A DNA stretch of 64,000 bases, taken from NCBI GenBank assembly GCA_030145945.1, contig JASLDK010000119.1, positions 8,143-72,142 on the forward strand, read 5' to 3'. Below the pieces are notes generated by a model. The model searched no databases. It saw nothing but the letters and a program-made list of their open reading frames with translations, and was not told the origin of the DNA. The position numbers were made by a program, and so were the translations under genes. Below are positions 26,074 through 35,192 of the stretch, piece after piece (the stretch's first letter is position 1; the number at the start of each line of letters is the position of its first letter). This DNA comes from Nocardioides sp. Its GTDB lineage: Bacteria; Actinomycetota; Actinomycetes; Propionibacteriales; Nocardioidaceae.

Positions 26074-29000
26074 CAGCGCCCCTTCCGGTGGCCGCCCGCG
26101 GCCGCGTTGTTGGTGCCCCTCGTGACTCGGTCGCCGATCACACCGGCCGACTTCTCGACGGCCTTCTCGACCGCCTCGATCCGCTTCCCGAGATCACGGC
26201 GCGTCTTCTGCGCCTCCGCCACGACCCGGTCCTGCCCATTGATCAGCGGCTGGAGCGACAACCCCGCCGTCTTCTGCGCACCGGCGATCGCGCGCTCACG
26301 GGTGTCGTACATCGACTGAAAGCGCTTGATGTCCGCCGCCGACATGCCAGCGAGCATCGCCATCGCATCGACACCCTGACCCTCAACTGCAGCCAGCGCC
26401 TGACCATGCAGACCCTTCGAGCCGAGTTGCTTCGCCAGATCGCTGAACCGGCCCGCGTTGTTGATGTCGGCCTGCAGAGTCCCGAAGACACCCATGCCGG
26501 CCTTCGTGCGATCAGCGGACGACATCCACACGTTGCCCATGTCGAACGGGTTGTGGCGCAACATGTCGCCGACCGTCGACTTGAGCTGATCCTGCTGATT
26601 GACCAGGTCGTCGCGCTTCTTGATCTCCCGCTGCAGGGCCTTGTCCGAGGCATCCCAACGAGACTCGAGCCGCTTCGCCTTCTTCTCCAGCGCGGCGAAC
26701 TCGCGGCCCAAATGCCCGCCATGAGTTCGGACCGTGCGAGCCAGCCGCCAGAACTCATCGTCGACCTGCTTGGCCGACATACCGCCGGTCAGATCGAAGG
26801 CGTGCGCAGCGGCCGGCTTCCAGGCGGTGGAGCGCTTCTTGGACTTCTTCTTCGAGGAAGACGAGGACTTCCGCGAGGACGAGCCCGACTTCGTCGTCTT
26901 CGTGCCATAGCTGTCGGTCGCACCCGAGTTGATCAGATTCTTGATGGTCTGATTCGGCCCATCCACCCTCCCGCCACCGGCATAGCCGCGCAGGCTGCGC
27001 TGCATCGCATAGAGATTCGCAACGCCGGCGCGCTCCGTGGAGATAGCGTCGAAGACGAACTCGCCGCCATGAACAACGCCGACCGGCTGCTGGCGTGGGT
27101 AGTTGCCCGTGAAGCCGCCGAACGAGTACGGCGTCGACGGGTCTCCGTCCCGCCCACCTTTGCCATGGCGCTGGGCAGCAGCGTTGACCCGATTGACGTA
27201 GACCTGCGTCGAGATCGACCGCGGGATCCCGTTCAGCTCGCGCTTGATCTGCGCGATCTTCGATTCGAACTGCGCGGCGCGCAGCTCCAGCGTTGTCGCC
27301 ACAGAGCGAGGTGTCCCGGCAACGCTGTGCTGATACCGCTCGATCGCGACCTGGCCCATTGCCCACGCACGGTTCGCGCGGGCAATCTCCGCCTGAGTGC
27401 CGTCTGCGAGCTGACGCATCCGAAGAGCGCCGGCCGGGCCAGCCTTCTCGAGCTCCTTGATCAGGCCGTCCGCGAGCCCCCGCCGTGCAGCCTTCTCGGC
27501 GTTCTGGCCGAAGGCAACGAGGGCTGCCGCCGAAATCTCCATCTGGCGGAGCCAACCGCCGAGTGAGACCTTGGCGTTGTTGATGTCCTTGCCGAGCACG
27601 ATGAACTTGGCGGCCGTCTCGGCCGCGGCATTGCGCTCGGCGAGGATGGACCGCGCGGCACGCTGAGCTGCGGCGCCGTGTCGACCAGCGGCGTCGGCTG
27701 CGAGACCCTCAGCCCCAGTGAGCGATTCGACCTCGACCTTTGCCTGCGCGGCTGCCTTGTAGAGCTTGATCATGGCGTCGGCGTGACCACCGGCTATCAG
27801 CGCGGCAGGGTTGCCGCGAATCTGGTTCATGATCGAGTCCGCAGTTGACGCGATCTGCACTGCGTTTCCCGACTCGGTCGCCGCCGTCAGCTGGTCGCGC
27901 ATTGACGAGATAGCTTCGCCGGCCTTCTTGCCGCCCTCGGCAAGGTCCAGGAAGGCACCGACCGCGAGCCCCACGCCAGCGCCCACCGGGCCAGCCATCG
28001 TTCCGGCAAGGCCGAGCGAGATCGTGTTCGTGAGCCCAAGGCTGTCGGCAGCGCCTGACGTAGCGAGCGCTAGTCCGCCGACAGCAGCGCCGCCCTTCAG
28101 CGCGCTGACGCCGAGCCGACCCATTGCGCCACGCATTCGCTCGGTCTCGCGGGTCGTGCGAGCGCCGGCAGTTGCCATCGTCGAGTAGACGACGCCAAGA
28201 TCACTGCCGACCTTGCGCATGTTTCCGCCGAGGCGACCCATCGCCCCGGACGCAGCCGGACCAAACGCTTGAGCCTGCAGCTTGCGAGTCAACTGCAGGG
28301 TCCGGTTGTAGATCGTTAGAGCGGCGATACCGGCGAAGATCGGCGTGCCGAGATTTGAGGTGGCGATCGCGGAGATCGCGTTGGCGAACGCAGTCAGGGA
28401 GTGGAGGACGGGGCCGCCAAGCGGTGCGGCCGCACGTCCGATGTCCACGAGCATCGTGGTCAGCGACCCGAGGAAGTCGAGAACCTGCGGGCCGCTCTCG
28501 CGCAGATAGGCGACGAAGTGTCTGAAACCGTCTGCCTTCGACAGGCCGGTCGCCCAGCGGTCGAAATCGGCGGCCATGTTCGCCATACCTGCGCCGAAGT
28601 CATTGTTCAGCGGGATGAACGCCTGCCACATCTCGGCGAGCCCGTGCGCGACCGAGCCGGTGGCGCGACCAAGGTCAGCCAACGCGGGCTTCGCTTCGGT
28701 CTCAATCGACCGGAAGAACGAGTCCCACTCCGGGCCAGCAAGCGCCGTCGCCCCCTGGCGAGCAAGATCGCCCATCGTCGTCGACAGGACGCCGATGATG
28801 CGCGCGACCTCAGGTGTCCGCGTCGCGAGCATGTCCAGCGCGTCGGTCATGCCGGGGAACAGGCCGGCGCGGGCGGTCTGCTGCAAGCGATCGAACGTCG
28901 GCTGCATCGCCATCAAGTGGCGCGCGAACTCGGCCCCGGCCGGGCCAAGCTTGATCATCTCCTCGCGGAGCTTCTCCAGGTGCGCCTTCGTCGGATCAAG

Positions 29001-29408
29001 CCGAGCGTCAGACATTGCCTTGAGTGCATCGCCGAGCCCATGGAAGGCGAGGACCGCGGACCCGGCGCCAAGGACAGCGAAGCCCAGCTCGTTACTTAGG
29101 CCGGCGAGCGCCGGGACCACCGATGCCGTGATCGGCACCAGTCCCGGCCCGAACACGGCGAGTGAGTCGGCGAGGATCCGCATCCGTCCGGACATGCGGT
29201 CGACTTCGGCGCCGTTGCGCTTCGCGGCCTTGCCGACGTTGTCCAGGTCGCGCTCAGTGTCACGGAGGGGCTTCTGCGCACGGACTGCGCGGCCCGAAAG
29301 GCCATCGATCTCGCGCTTGAGTAACGCGATTGCCGCAGCATCGCGGATCGCCTTCGACTCGAAGTTCCCCTCAAGATCCAAGATCACGCGCTCACGACGA
29401 ACGGCCAC
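26073..29408 (-). CDS. Tape measure protein
   Basis: 1111 aa, Ala/Gly-rich and helical; GGFTG...GVVHGGEFV motif; follows the tail chaperones. Confidence 0.92.
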   Translation of the reverse strand: MAVRRERVILDLEGNFESKAIRDAAAIALLKREIDGLSGRAVRAQKPLRDTERDLDNVGKAAKRNGAEVDRMSGRMRILADSLAVFGPGLVPITASVVPALAGLSNELGFAVLGAGSAVLAFHGLGDALKAMSDARLDPTKAHLEKLREEMIKLGPAGAEFARHLMAMQPTFDRLQQTARAGLFPGMTDALDMLATRTPEVARIIGVLSTTMGDLARQGATALAGPEWDSFFRSIETEAKPALADLGRATGSVAHGLAEMWQAFIPLNNDFGAGMANMAADFDRWATGLSKADGFRHFVAYLRESGPQVLDFLGSLTTMLVDIGRAAAPLGGPVLHSLTAFANAISAIATSNLGTPIFAGIAALTIYNRTLQLTRKLQAQAFGPAASGAMGRLGGNMRKVGSDLGVVYSTMATAGARTTRETERMRGAMGRLGVSALKGGAAVGGLALATSGAADSLGLTNTISLGLAGTMAGPVGAGVGLAVGAFLDLAEGGKKAGEAISSMRDQLTAATESGNAVQIASTADSIMNQIRGNPAALIAGGHADAMIKLYKAAAQAKVEVESLTGAEGLAADAAGRHGAAAQRAARSILAERNAAAETAAKFIVLGKDINNAKVSLGGWLRQMEISAAALVAFGQNAEKAARRGLADGLIKELEKAGPAGALRMRQLADGTQAEIARANRAWAMGQVAIERYQHSVAGTPRSVATTLELRAAQFESKIAQIKRELNGIPRSISTQVYVNRVNAAAQRHGKGGRDGDPSTPYSFGGFTGNYPRQQPVGVVHGGEFVFDAISTERAGVANLYAMQRSLRGYAGGGRVDGPNQTIKNLINSGATDSYGTKTTKSGSSSRKSSSSSKKKSKKRSTAWKPAAAHAFDLTGGMSAKQVDDEFWRLARTVRTHGGHLGREFAALEKKAKRLESRWDASDKALQREIKKRDDLVNQQDQLKSTVGDMLRHNPFDMGNVWMSSADRTKAGMGVFGTLQADINNAGRFSDLAKQLGSKGLHGQALAAVEGQGVDAMAMLAGMSAADIKRFQSMYDTRERAIAGAQKTAGLSLQPLINGQDRVVAEAQKTRRDLGKRIEAVEKAVEKSAGVIGDRVTRGTNNAAAGGHRKGR

Positions 29409-29461
29409 CGGGTCACCTCAAATCGGAGACGAGCGCGCAGGCATGGCCCTACGCTGCAGGG

Positions 29462-29857
29462 ATGAAGGTGTGGATTGGCATGGCCTGTGTGACGGCTGTC
29501 GCGCTGGCCGGATGCGGAAGCAGTGACTTTGAGGTCAAGGGGACTCTCACGTTGCCCTTTGGTGACGAGGGGGCGACCGACGTGGGGGCTCGATGCCTCG
29601 GGCAGGGCGGCTATGCCGACATCGCCAGGGGGTCACAGATCGTCATCAAGAACGACAAGGGCAAGCGCATTGCAGTCGGTGCCCTGGGTGACGGGACGAT
29701 CGAGCGCCAAGACGCAGGCTGGCTCTGTCATTTCGCCTACAGCATCAAGAGCATCCCGAGTGACGGCGATCTATACACGATCGCTATCGGAAACCGCGAC
29801 GATTACACCTTCAAGAAGGCGGATGCGAGCGACCTCAGTCTGACTCTGGGGAACTAG
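29462..29857 (+). CDS. Prophage lipoprotein (moron, antisense to the late operon)
   Basis: Signal peptide with LAGC lipobox; opposite strand between chaperone and tape measure genes. Confidence 0.75.
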   Translation: MKVWIGMACVTAVALAGCGSSDFEVKGTLTLPFGDEGATDVGARCLGQGGYADIARGSQIVIKNDKGKRIAVGALGDGTIERQDAGWLCHFAYSIKSIPSDGDLYTIAIGNRDDYTFKKADASDLSLTLGN

Positions 29858-30296
29858 GATCCGCGTTCACGTCCGTCGTGAAGTGGTCCCACGGCCGCAC
29901 GTCGGTCTCCGCAAGGACGATCCGCACGCCGTCGTCGTAGTGGTACGGGTACGCCGGGGAGCGCTCCTTCGACCACGCCCGGAACGACCCGTCGTGGTAG
30001 GACAGATCATCGTGGAGCGCGGCGTACATCGCCCGGGCCGCCGCGAGTTCCATGGCGGCGTAGTCGATGAGCCGTTGCGGATACCAGAGCTTGTCCGGGT
30101 CGGCGTGTAGGTCGATCGACTGGCCGCAGTCGGGACAGATCGAGTTCTCGACGTCCCATAGCTCCAACTGCCGGGCACGCTCGGCCTCGGGGAGATCGTC
30201 GAACTGGGTGAGGGTCAGCCCAAGCGCTCGGGCGGCTTCGAGTTCTCGTCTCTCGTCTGGTCGAGTGCGGAGACGAGGTTGGGAAGGGCTTTTGGG
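29835..30296 (-). CDS. Tail assembly chaperone, -1 frameshift extension (gpGT-like)
   Basis: -1 frame is open from the slippery site CCCAAAA to the stop at 29835 and contains CPDCG. Confidence 0.8.
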   Translation of the reverse strand, partial: PKSPSQPRLRTRPDERRELEAARALGLTLTQFDDLPEAERARQLELWDVENSICPDCGQSIDLHADPDKLWYPQRLIDYAAMELAAARAMYAALHDDLSYHDGSFRAWSKERSPAYPYHYDDGVRIVLAETDVRPWDHFTTDVNADPSSPESD

Positions 30297-30754
30297 TCGG
30301 ACACCTGCGCGGTGTTCACACCGATCAGTGCGCTGACGAGCCGGTCCCAGTCGGCGTCCGACAACGAGTCGAGAAAGGTGTCTCGCTCCACCGTGGCCAT
30401 CACCGGCGCGATGATCGACTCAGGAACGAGCATGTCGCCGAGCGCGTCGATGTCGAACCCGGCAAGCTGGTCGGCGTCGTTGCCCTCGCGCGGCTTGCAC
30501 ATGTCACGCGCCTCGCGCCAGCGACGACGCCCAACCTGCTGCAGCGTCACCGTCACGGCGCGCTCGGCGGCCTCGTCCACGAAGGCGTCGTAGGCCTCCG
30601 CGTTGGCGCGGGCCTTGTCCGGCTCGTCGTCGCCGACTCGACCCGGCGCCTTGACTTCCTCAACCTCGGTGGCCGCGAACAGCTCGCGCAGCTTCGCCAG
30701 ATCCTCGCCCTGGTAGATGATCACGTCGACCGTGCGGGGGGTGATGACGGGCAT
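30215..30754 (-). CDS. Tail assembly chaperone (gpG-like)
   Basis: Follows the major tail gene; has D-P-K at the slippery heptamer near its 3' end. Confidence 0.85.
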   Translation of the reverse strand: MPVITPRTVDVIIYQGEDLAKLRELFAATEVEEVKAPGRVGDDEPDKARANAEAYDAFVDEAAERAVTVTLQQVGRRRWREARDMCKPREGNDADQLAGFDIDALGDMLVPESIIAPVMATVERDTFLDSLSDADWDRLVSALIGVNTAQVSDPKALPNLVSALDQTRDENSKPPERLG

Positions 30755-30842
30755 AGGTGTCTCCTTCGACAGACCGACAGAATCGACAGGGAGATGGAGC
30801 CGGGACGGCGCAGGCTGTCGAACCCCGCGCCGCCCCGACGTA

Positions 30843-31373
30843 TCAGGCGACGAGCGCGACGTAGCCGGTCGGCTGGGCGGTCACCGCGAAGGCCTGCTTG
30901 ATCGCAGCCTCGGCGGCCTCGCCGTCACCCTCGGGCAGATCGACCTGGGCGCCGACCTCGATCGGGTAGATCTTCACGAACTGCCCGACCGCGAAGTCGG
31001 TCGCCACGGCAATGCCGAAGCGGACCACGAGGAAGCCGGTCGTTCCTTCCGGGAGCGCCTCGAGCGCCTTCTTGCCGGTCGAGAGCGCGGCAGCCTGCGG
31101 GTCCACGGCATACCGCAGATCACCGCCCTGCCACTGCGCCAGACCCATGCGCTCGAACTGCTGGGTGTCACACACGCGCGGAGGCGGCGTGACCCGGTTC
31201 TGGTTCACGTCCGGCCGGGCGGTCGTGTTGTAGAAGTAGCACGACAGGTCGATCGCCGACGCGGCCGTGATCTCGGTCAGCTTCGGCGCGGTCAGATCGG
31301 CGATCGCCGGAACGAAGGCATCTCGCTCGCGTCCGAATACCTTGGTGCCCGCGGGGCGGGTGGGTGTGGCCAT
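30843..31373 (-). CDS. Major tail (tube) protein
   Basis: VPAIADLTAPKLTEI...DLSCY...RVCDTQ...GTTGFLVVRFG actinophage tail-tube pattern. Confidence 0.85.
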   Translation of the reverse strand: MATPTRPAGTKVFGRERDAFVPAIADLTAPKLTEITAASAIDLSCYFYNTTARPDVNQNRVTPPPRVCDTQQFERMGLAQWQGGDLRYAVDPQAAALSTGKKALEALPEGTTGFLVVRFGIAVATDFAVGQFVKIYPIEVGAQVDLPEGDGEAAEAAIKQAFAVTAQPTGYVALVA

Positions 31374-31603
31374 CAGTCGGCCCCTTCCTCGATGGTGGCC
31401 TTGCGGCCGGCGGAGCCACGCTGGGTGGCGTTGGGGTTCGACAGACCAGCCGGAGCTTCGTAGTACTTCGGCGGGAGCGGGGTGCCGTCCGAGTGGGCGG
31501 CGGGCTTGTCCAGCAGCTCGTGGGCGTCCTCGCGGAAGGCGGAGGCGACGATCGAGTACTGGTGCTTCGTGGCTCGGTCGCGGACGCGCAGGTATTCGGG
31601 CAT
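31373..31603 (-). CDS. Phage hypothetical protein
   Basis: 76 aa, coupled to the major tail gene; GAAGGAG RBS. Confidence 0.65.
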   Translation of the reverse strand: MPEYLRVRDRATKHQYSIVASAFREDAHELLDKPAAHSDGTPLPPKYYEAPAGLSNPNATQRGSAGRKATIEEGAD

Positions 31604-31630
31604 GGCGGATCTCCTTCAAGCAGGGAGCAA

Positions 31631-32035
31631 TCAGAGGGTGAAGGTCCAGGCAGAGATGCCGGACACGTATCCGGCGTCATCGGGGCCGATGTCGTCGGCG
31701 GTCTCGAACTGAACTGGCGTCGAAGCGAGGTCGCCCACGGTGATCACGGATCCCTCGACTCCGTTGATCGCTGTCCGCATGACCCGGCAACCGTCAGACG
31801 AGCGGGCAACCACGCGGGTGGTCAGACGCCAGCCGACGGTCCCGATGCCGGAACACACCCGGGACTCTCCTCCGACGCGACGCGAGAGCGTCCACTCGAC
31901 GTACCGGCCGGGCAGTGAGGCCAGGGCGGCGGCCTCGTCGTACTCGTAGGGAGTCGCGGCGACGGGGGCGAGCAGTGAGGTCAGCAGCGCCTTCACTGCA
32001 GTAGCGACCGGCTGCTCGTCGGCGAGGTCGGTCAC
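31631..32035 (-). CDS. Tail terminator-like protein
   Basis: Size and position at the end of the neck cluster. Confidence 0.6.
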   Translation of the reverse strand: MTDLADEQPVATAVKALLTSLLAPVAATPYEYDEAAALASLPGRYVEWTLSRRVGGESRVCSGIGTVGWRLTTRVVARSSDGCRVMRTAINGVEGSVITVGDLASTPVQFETADDIGPDDAGYVSGISAWTFTL

Positions 32036-32421
32036 CAGAACCAGCCGTCCACGGTCTCGCGGACCGACGACGCGAACGCGGGGCCGACGATGTCCGCAGA
32101 GCGAGCCAGGTCAAGGTGCGGCTTCTGATTGCGCGAACCGCTCTCGAAGCTCATGCCGCCCTGAGGAAGTGCCGGATCGGGCCCGTACTCGCCAGCAATC
32201 AGGCCGAGCGCGCCGTAGAGCTTCATCTCGGAGGTGATCGAGCGCGGGTAGTGCTTGCCGTGGCGACCGGCGGACTTCTTCGCGTTCGCCCGTGCGATGT
32301 CGCGGCCCACGCGGATGCCGTCACGGACGACGCCGACCATGTCTTTGCGAGCAGTGGCCGCGATCCGGTCCATGTCCTTCGCCAGACCGTCGAGGCCAGC
32401 AGATTCGACAAGCACACGCAT
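32032..32421 (-). CDS. HK97 gp10-like neck protein
   Basis: YPRSIT...EYGP...FESGSRNQKPH motif. Confidence 0.65.
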   Translation of the reverse strand: MRVLVESAGLDGLAKDMDRIAATARKDMVGVVRDGIRVGRDIARANAKKSAGRHGKHYPRSITSEMKLYGALGLIAGEYGPDPALPQGGMSFESGSRNQKPHLDLARSADIVGPAFASSVRETVDGWFW

Positions 32422-32430
32422 AGTGACCTC

Positions 32431-32850
32431 CTACGGCGAAGGGACTTCGACGACATCAAGCCGCCGAGCAGTGGCATACGACTTCGCGGGGACGTTGACC
32501 ACGAGGTAACGGCGACCGAGAAGTGCTGGGTCATCGAACTCACCAATATCGGCGATCTCGTACTCCCAGCCCTTGCCGCGGTCCAGGCCTGCGACCGGGA
32601 CGTCGGCAGAGATCGGGATGTGCAGGCCGCCCTCCATGATCGGGCGGGCCACTCCGGCCACCGTGATGGTGCGGGTGACGGTGTCGCGGGTCGATGCCGC
32701 TCCACCCTGCACCTTGCCGAAGGTCTGGCCCTGCGGCGTGAAGGCGGGCTCGTCGTTGACGAGACCCGCGGGCGCGTAGGCGGCCAGGGTGAGCGTCATC
32801 AGGGACTCGGCCCGCGCACGCATGGCACCCAGACGCGCGGTGCCCCTCAC
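32431..32850 (-). CDS. Head-tail closure protein (DUF6093-like)
   Basis: RARAESLM...LHIP...KSYATARRL pattern; GTGA-coupled start. Confidence 0.7.
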   Translation of the reverse strand: MRGTARLGAMRARAESLMTLTLAAYAPAGLVNDEPAFTPQGQTFGKVQGGAASTRDTVTRTITVAGVARPIMEGGLHIPISADVPVAGLDRGKGWEYEIADIGEFDDPALLGRRYLVVNVPAKSYATARRLDVVEVPSP

Positions 32851-33413
32851 AGCGTCTCCACCACGACCGCGTTGCCCATCCCAAAACGGGAGCGGAGCCA
32901 GTCGCGGGTGATCTGCGGGATGAAGACGGGGCTGATCTGCCCGGCAGCCTCGGTGGTGTACGCCTCGCGCGCGTCGTCGAGACCAACCGAGGCGAGACCG
33001 GCAGTCGACCCGCCGCCCTCGGACTGGTGCTGCAACCACGTGGCCGCGAGCTGGGCGCACAGGTCGACGATGTCTGGGGGAACCTCGTCCAGCCCCGACG
33101 TGTAGGTGACCGACACCGGCACGGGGCCATGACCCCAGCCGCAGTGACGCCACAGACCGTTCGGAAGCACCTCGAAGTCGGTGACCGCGTTGCCGTCGAC
33201 CAGGACCGAGGTCACCGCGCGCACCGGCCCGGGGAGGGTCAGCAGGTTCGCGCGGCCGCCGTTGACGATGACCGTACCGGTGGTGGCGGTGATGGCCGAA
33301 CCTGCGGCATCACGGATCGCGGAAGAGGCGATCGCGAGTGCCTTGTCGGCGTCGAGATTGGTACGCCAGGCCAGCGGGAGGTCCGCCGAGGTTGCGAGCG
33401 GGTCGAGTGCCAC
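32847..33413 (-). CDS. Head-to-tail adaptor
   Basis: PLATSADL...ASSAIRDAAG...VTYTSG..EVPPDI pattern. Confidence 0.75.
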   Translation of the reverse strand: MALDPLATSADLPLAWRTNLDADKALAIASSAIRDAAGSAITATTGTVIVNGGRANLLTLPGPVRAVTSVLVDGNAVTDFEVLPNGLWRHCGWGHGPVPVSVTYTSGLDEVPPDIVDLCAQLAATWLQHQSEGGGSTAGLASVGLDDAREAYTTEAAGQISPVFIPQITRDWLRSRFGMGNAVVVETL

Positions 33414-33431
33414 GACGGACCTCCCTTCGGC

Positions 33432-33605
33432 TCAGGCGTCGGACGGCTTCGCAGCCGCCTTCTTGGTGACGGGCTTCTCGGACGGCTTCGCAGCCGCCTT
33501 GTCCTCCACGAGCTCGAAGCCGGACGCCTTGTCGCGCAGCAGCGCGGCAGCGACGGCCTCCGAGACCGGGATGGCCAGGCCGTTGGGACCCTTGATGCGA
33601 GGCAT
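33432..33605 (-). CDS. Small phage protein (57 aa) with a KAAAKPS repeat
   Basis: TGATG-coupled to the capsid stop; MPRIKGPNG...; below the ORF-track size cutoff. Confidence 0.6.
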   Translation of the reverse strand: MPRIKGPNGLAIPVSEAVAAALLRDKASGFELVEDKAAAKPSEKPVTKKAAAKPSDA

Positions 33606-34450
33606 CAGATGATCACGTCGGCCGCGGCCAGCGCGGTCGGGCGAACGACCTTGCCGCCGTACAGGTGGAGGCCCTTGACGCCGTCCGCGAAGCGCTTCTC
33701 CATGCGGAAGGCCTCGACGGAGTTGATCTGCTCGGCGTAGGTGGTCGCCATCTGCGAGCCTGCGATCACGAGCTTGCCGGCGCCAGCGCCCGGACCGTCG
33801 GGAGCGTTGTTGCTCTTGCGGATCGAGAACCCGGCCGCCTCGCCGACGACGCCGTTGGCACGCACGACCGCGCCCGCCGCGTCACCGGCAGCCACGAACC
33901 GCTGGTCCTTGAGCAGCAGGCCGTGGAACTTCGGCGTGATGACCGCGAACCGGCCCTCGGTCGGGACGTTGGACTCGTCGAGCAGCGTCCCCAGGTCGAC
34001 CAGGGTCTCGTAGGCAGCGGCCGCCGTGGCGAGCGTCTGCTCGGCGATCAGGTTGCCGGCGTCGACGCTGGTGGCCATCAGGCCCGCGACGTACTGGTCT
34101 GCCTTGTCGCGCAGCAGGTAGGCGGCGCGCTGGGCCTGGGCGGACATCACGTTGCCGCGTGCCTGCCGCTTCTCGATGTCGTCGACCTCGAAGGCGAAGT
34201 ACGGCGACTGGGTGATCGTGAGCAGCTGCTCGGCGTCGTCGACATCCTCGATGGTGATGTCGGTGTGCGCCGTGTAGGTGCCGATCGTCGGGTCGGAGAG
34301 GTTGACGATGTGGACCGTGTCGCCGTACTGGCTGATGTCACCCTCGTAGTCACGGTTTACGACGCCAGTGGCGGCGTAAACGAGCGACTTCTGGAGCGCG
34401 ACGAGCAGCTCGGCGGACCACACCTCGGGCTTGAAGTTTGCGATCGCCAT
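33605..34450 (-). CDS. Major capsid protein
   Basis: FKPEVWS, NRDYEGDI..GDTVHI and FADGVKGLHLYGGKVVRP motifs. Confidence 0.9.
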   Translation of the reverse strand: MAIANFKPEVWSAELLVALQKSLVYAATGVVNRDYEGDISQYGDTVHIVNLSDPTIGTYTAHTDITIEDVDDAEQLLTITQSPYFAFEVDDIEKRQARGNVMSAQAQRAAYLLRDKADQYVAGLMATSVDAGNLIAEQTLATAAAAYETLVDLGTLLDESNVPTEGRFAVITPKFHGLLLKDQRFVAAGDAAGAVVRANGVVGEAAGFSIRKSNNAPDGPGAGAGKLVIAGSQMATTYAEQINSVEAFRMEKRFADGVKGLHLYGGKVVRPTALAAADVII

Positions 34451-34477
34451 TGCGATCTCCTTTCAGAGGTTGTGTTT

Positions 34478-35143
34478 TCAGGAAGCGAGGTAGTCGGCGA
34501 GGCGTCCCTCGGCCTTGGCCTTGACGATTTCGTCGTGTCGGCCCTCGGCGTAGAGGCGCTTCACCTCCTGCTCGCTGAGTTGCGCGGGTCGGGACTCCTT
34601 GCGAGTACCGGCATCCACGTCGCCCTGGAACCGCTTGCCGTCTTGCACAGCCAGGTAGGGCTTGGTCTGAATGAGGTCATCGATCGCGGAGGCGATCTGC
34701 GAGGCGTTCACCTCGCCGTCCGTGCCGACCTCGAAGCCGGACAAGTCGATGAACCGGAGCGCGTCGGCAGGGTCGGACAGCTTGCCCGCTGCGGCGGCTC
34801 GCACTTCGGCCTTGAGAATGCGCTGATTGGCCTTGTCGAGCGCCTCGGCCTCGATGGCGCGCTTCTCCTGCTCGGCCGCGTACTCCTTCTCCTTGCCCTC
34901 GATCTGGGCGCGGAGCTGGTCGGCCTCCTCGCGGGCCTTGCGGGCCTCCTCGCGGGCGCTGTTGCGGTCGGCCTTCATGGCATCGAGGGCCTTCTTGCCC
35001 GCGTCTCCGAGGGCGGCCTCACCGTCGGTGACGGTCGCGGATTCTGTTGCAGATCCGGTGTCCGTGGTGGCCTCGACGGTCGCGGTCTCGCCGTCACCAG
35101 ACGTCTGGGCGGTCTCGGTTGTTGCTTCGGCTTCGTCAGCCAT
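34478..35143 (-). CDS. Capsid scaffolding protein
   Basis: LGDAGKKALDAMK, coiled coil, DPADAL..ID and KPYLA; directly upstream of the capsid gene. Confidence 0.85.
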   Translation of the reverse strand: MADEAEATTETAQTSGDGETATVEATTDTGSATESATVTDGEAALGDAGKKALDAMKADRNSAREEARKAREEADQLRAQIEGKEKEYAAEQEKRAIEAEALDKANQRILKAEVRAAAAGKLSDPADALRFIDLSGFEVGTDGEVNASQIASAIDDLIQTKPYLAVQDGKRFQGDVDAGTRKESRPAQLSEQEVKRLYAEGRHDEIVKAKAEGRLADYLAS

Positions 35144-35192
35144 GAGGATCTCCATTGCGGTGATCGGTCCGACACCTTGCGTGTCGGGAAGT

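Noticed and set aside
33441..33500. 21-bp direct repeat GGACGGCTTCGCAGCCGCCTT
   Set aside because: Explained by a duplicated KAAAKPS peptide in a small coding sequence.
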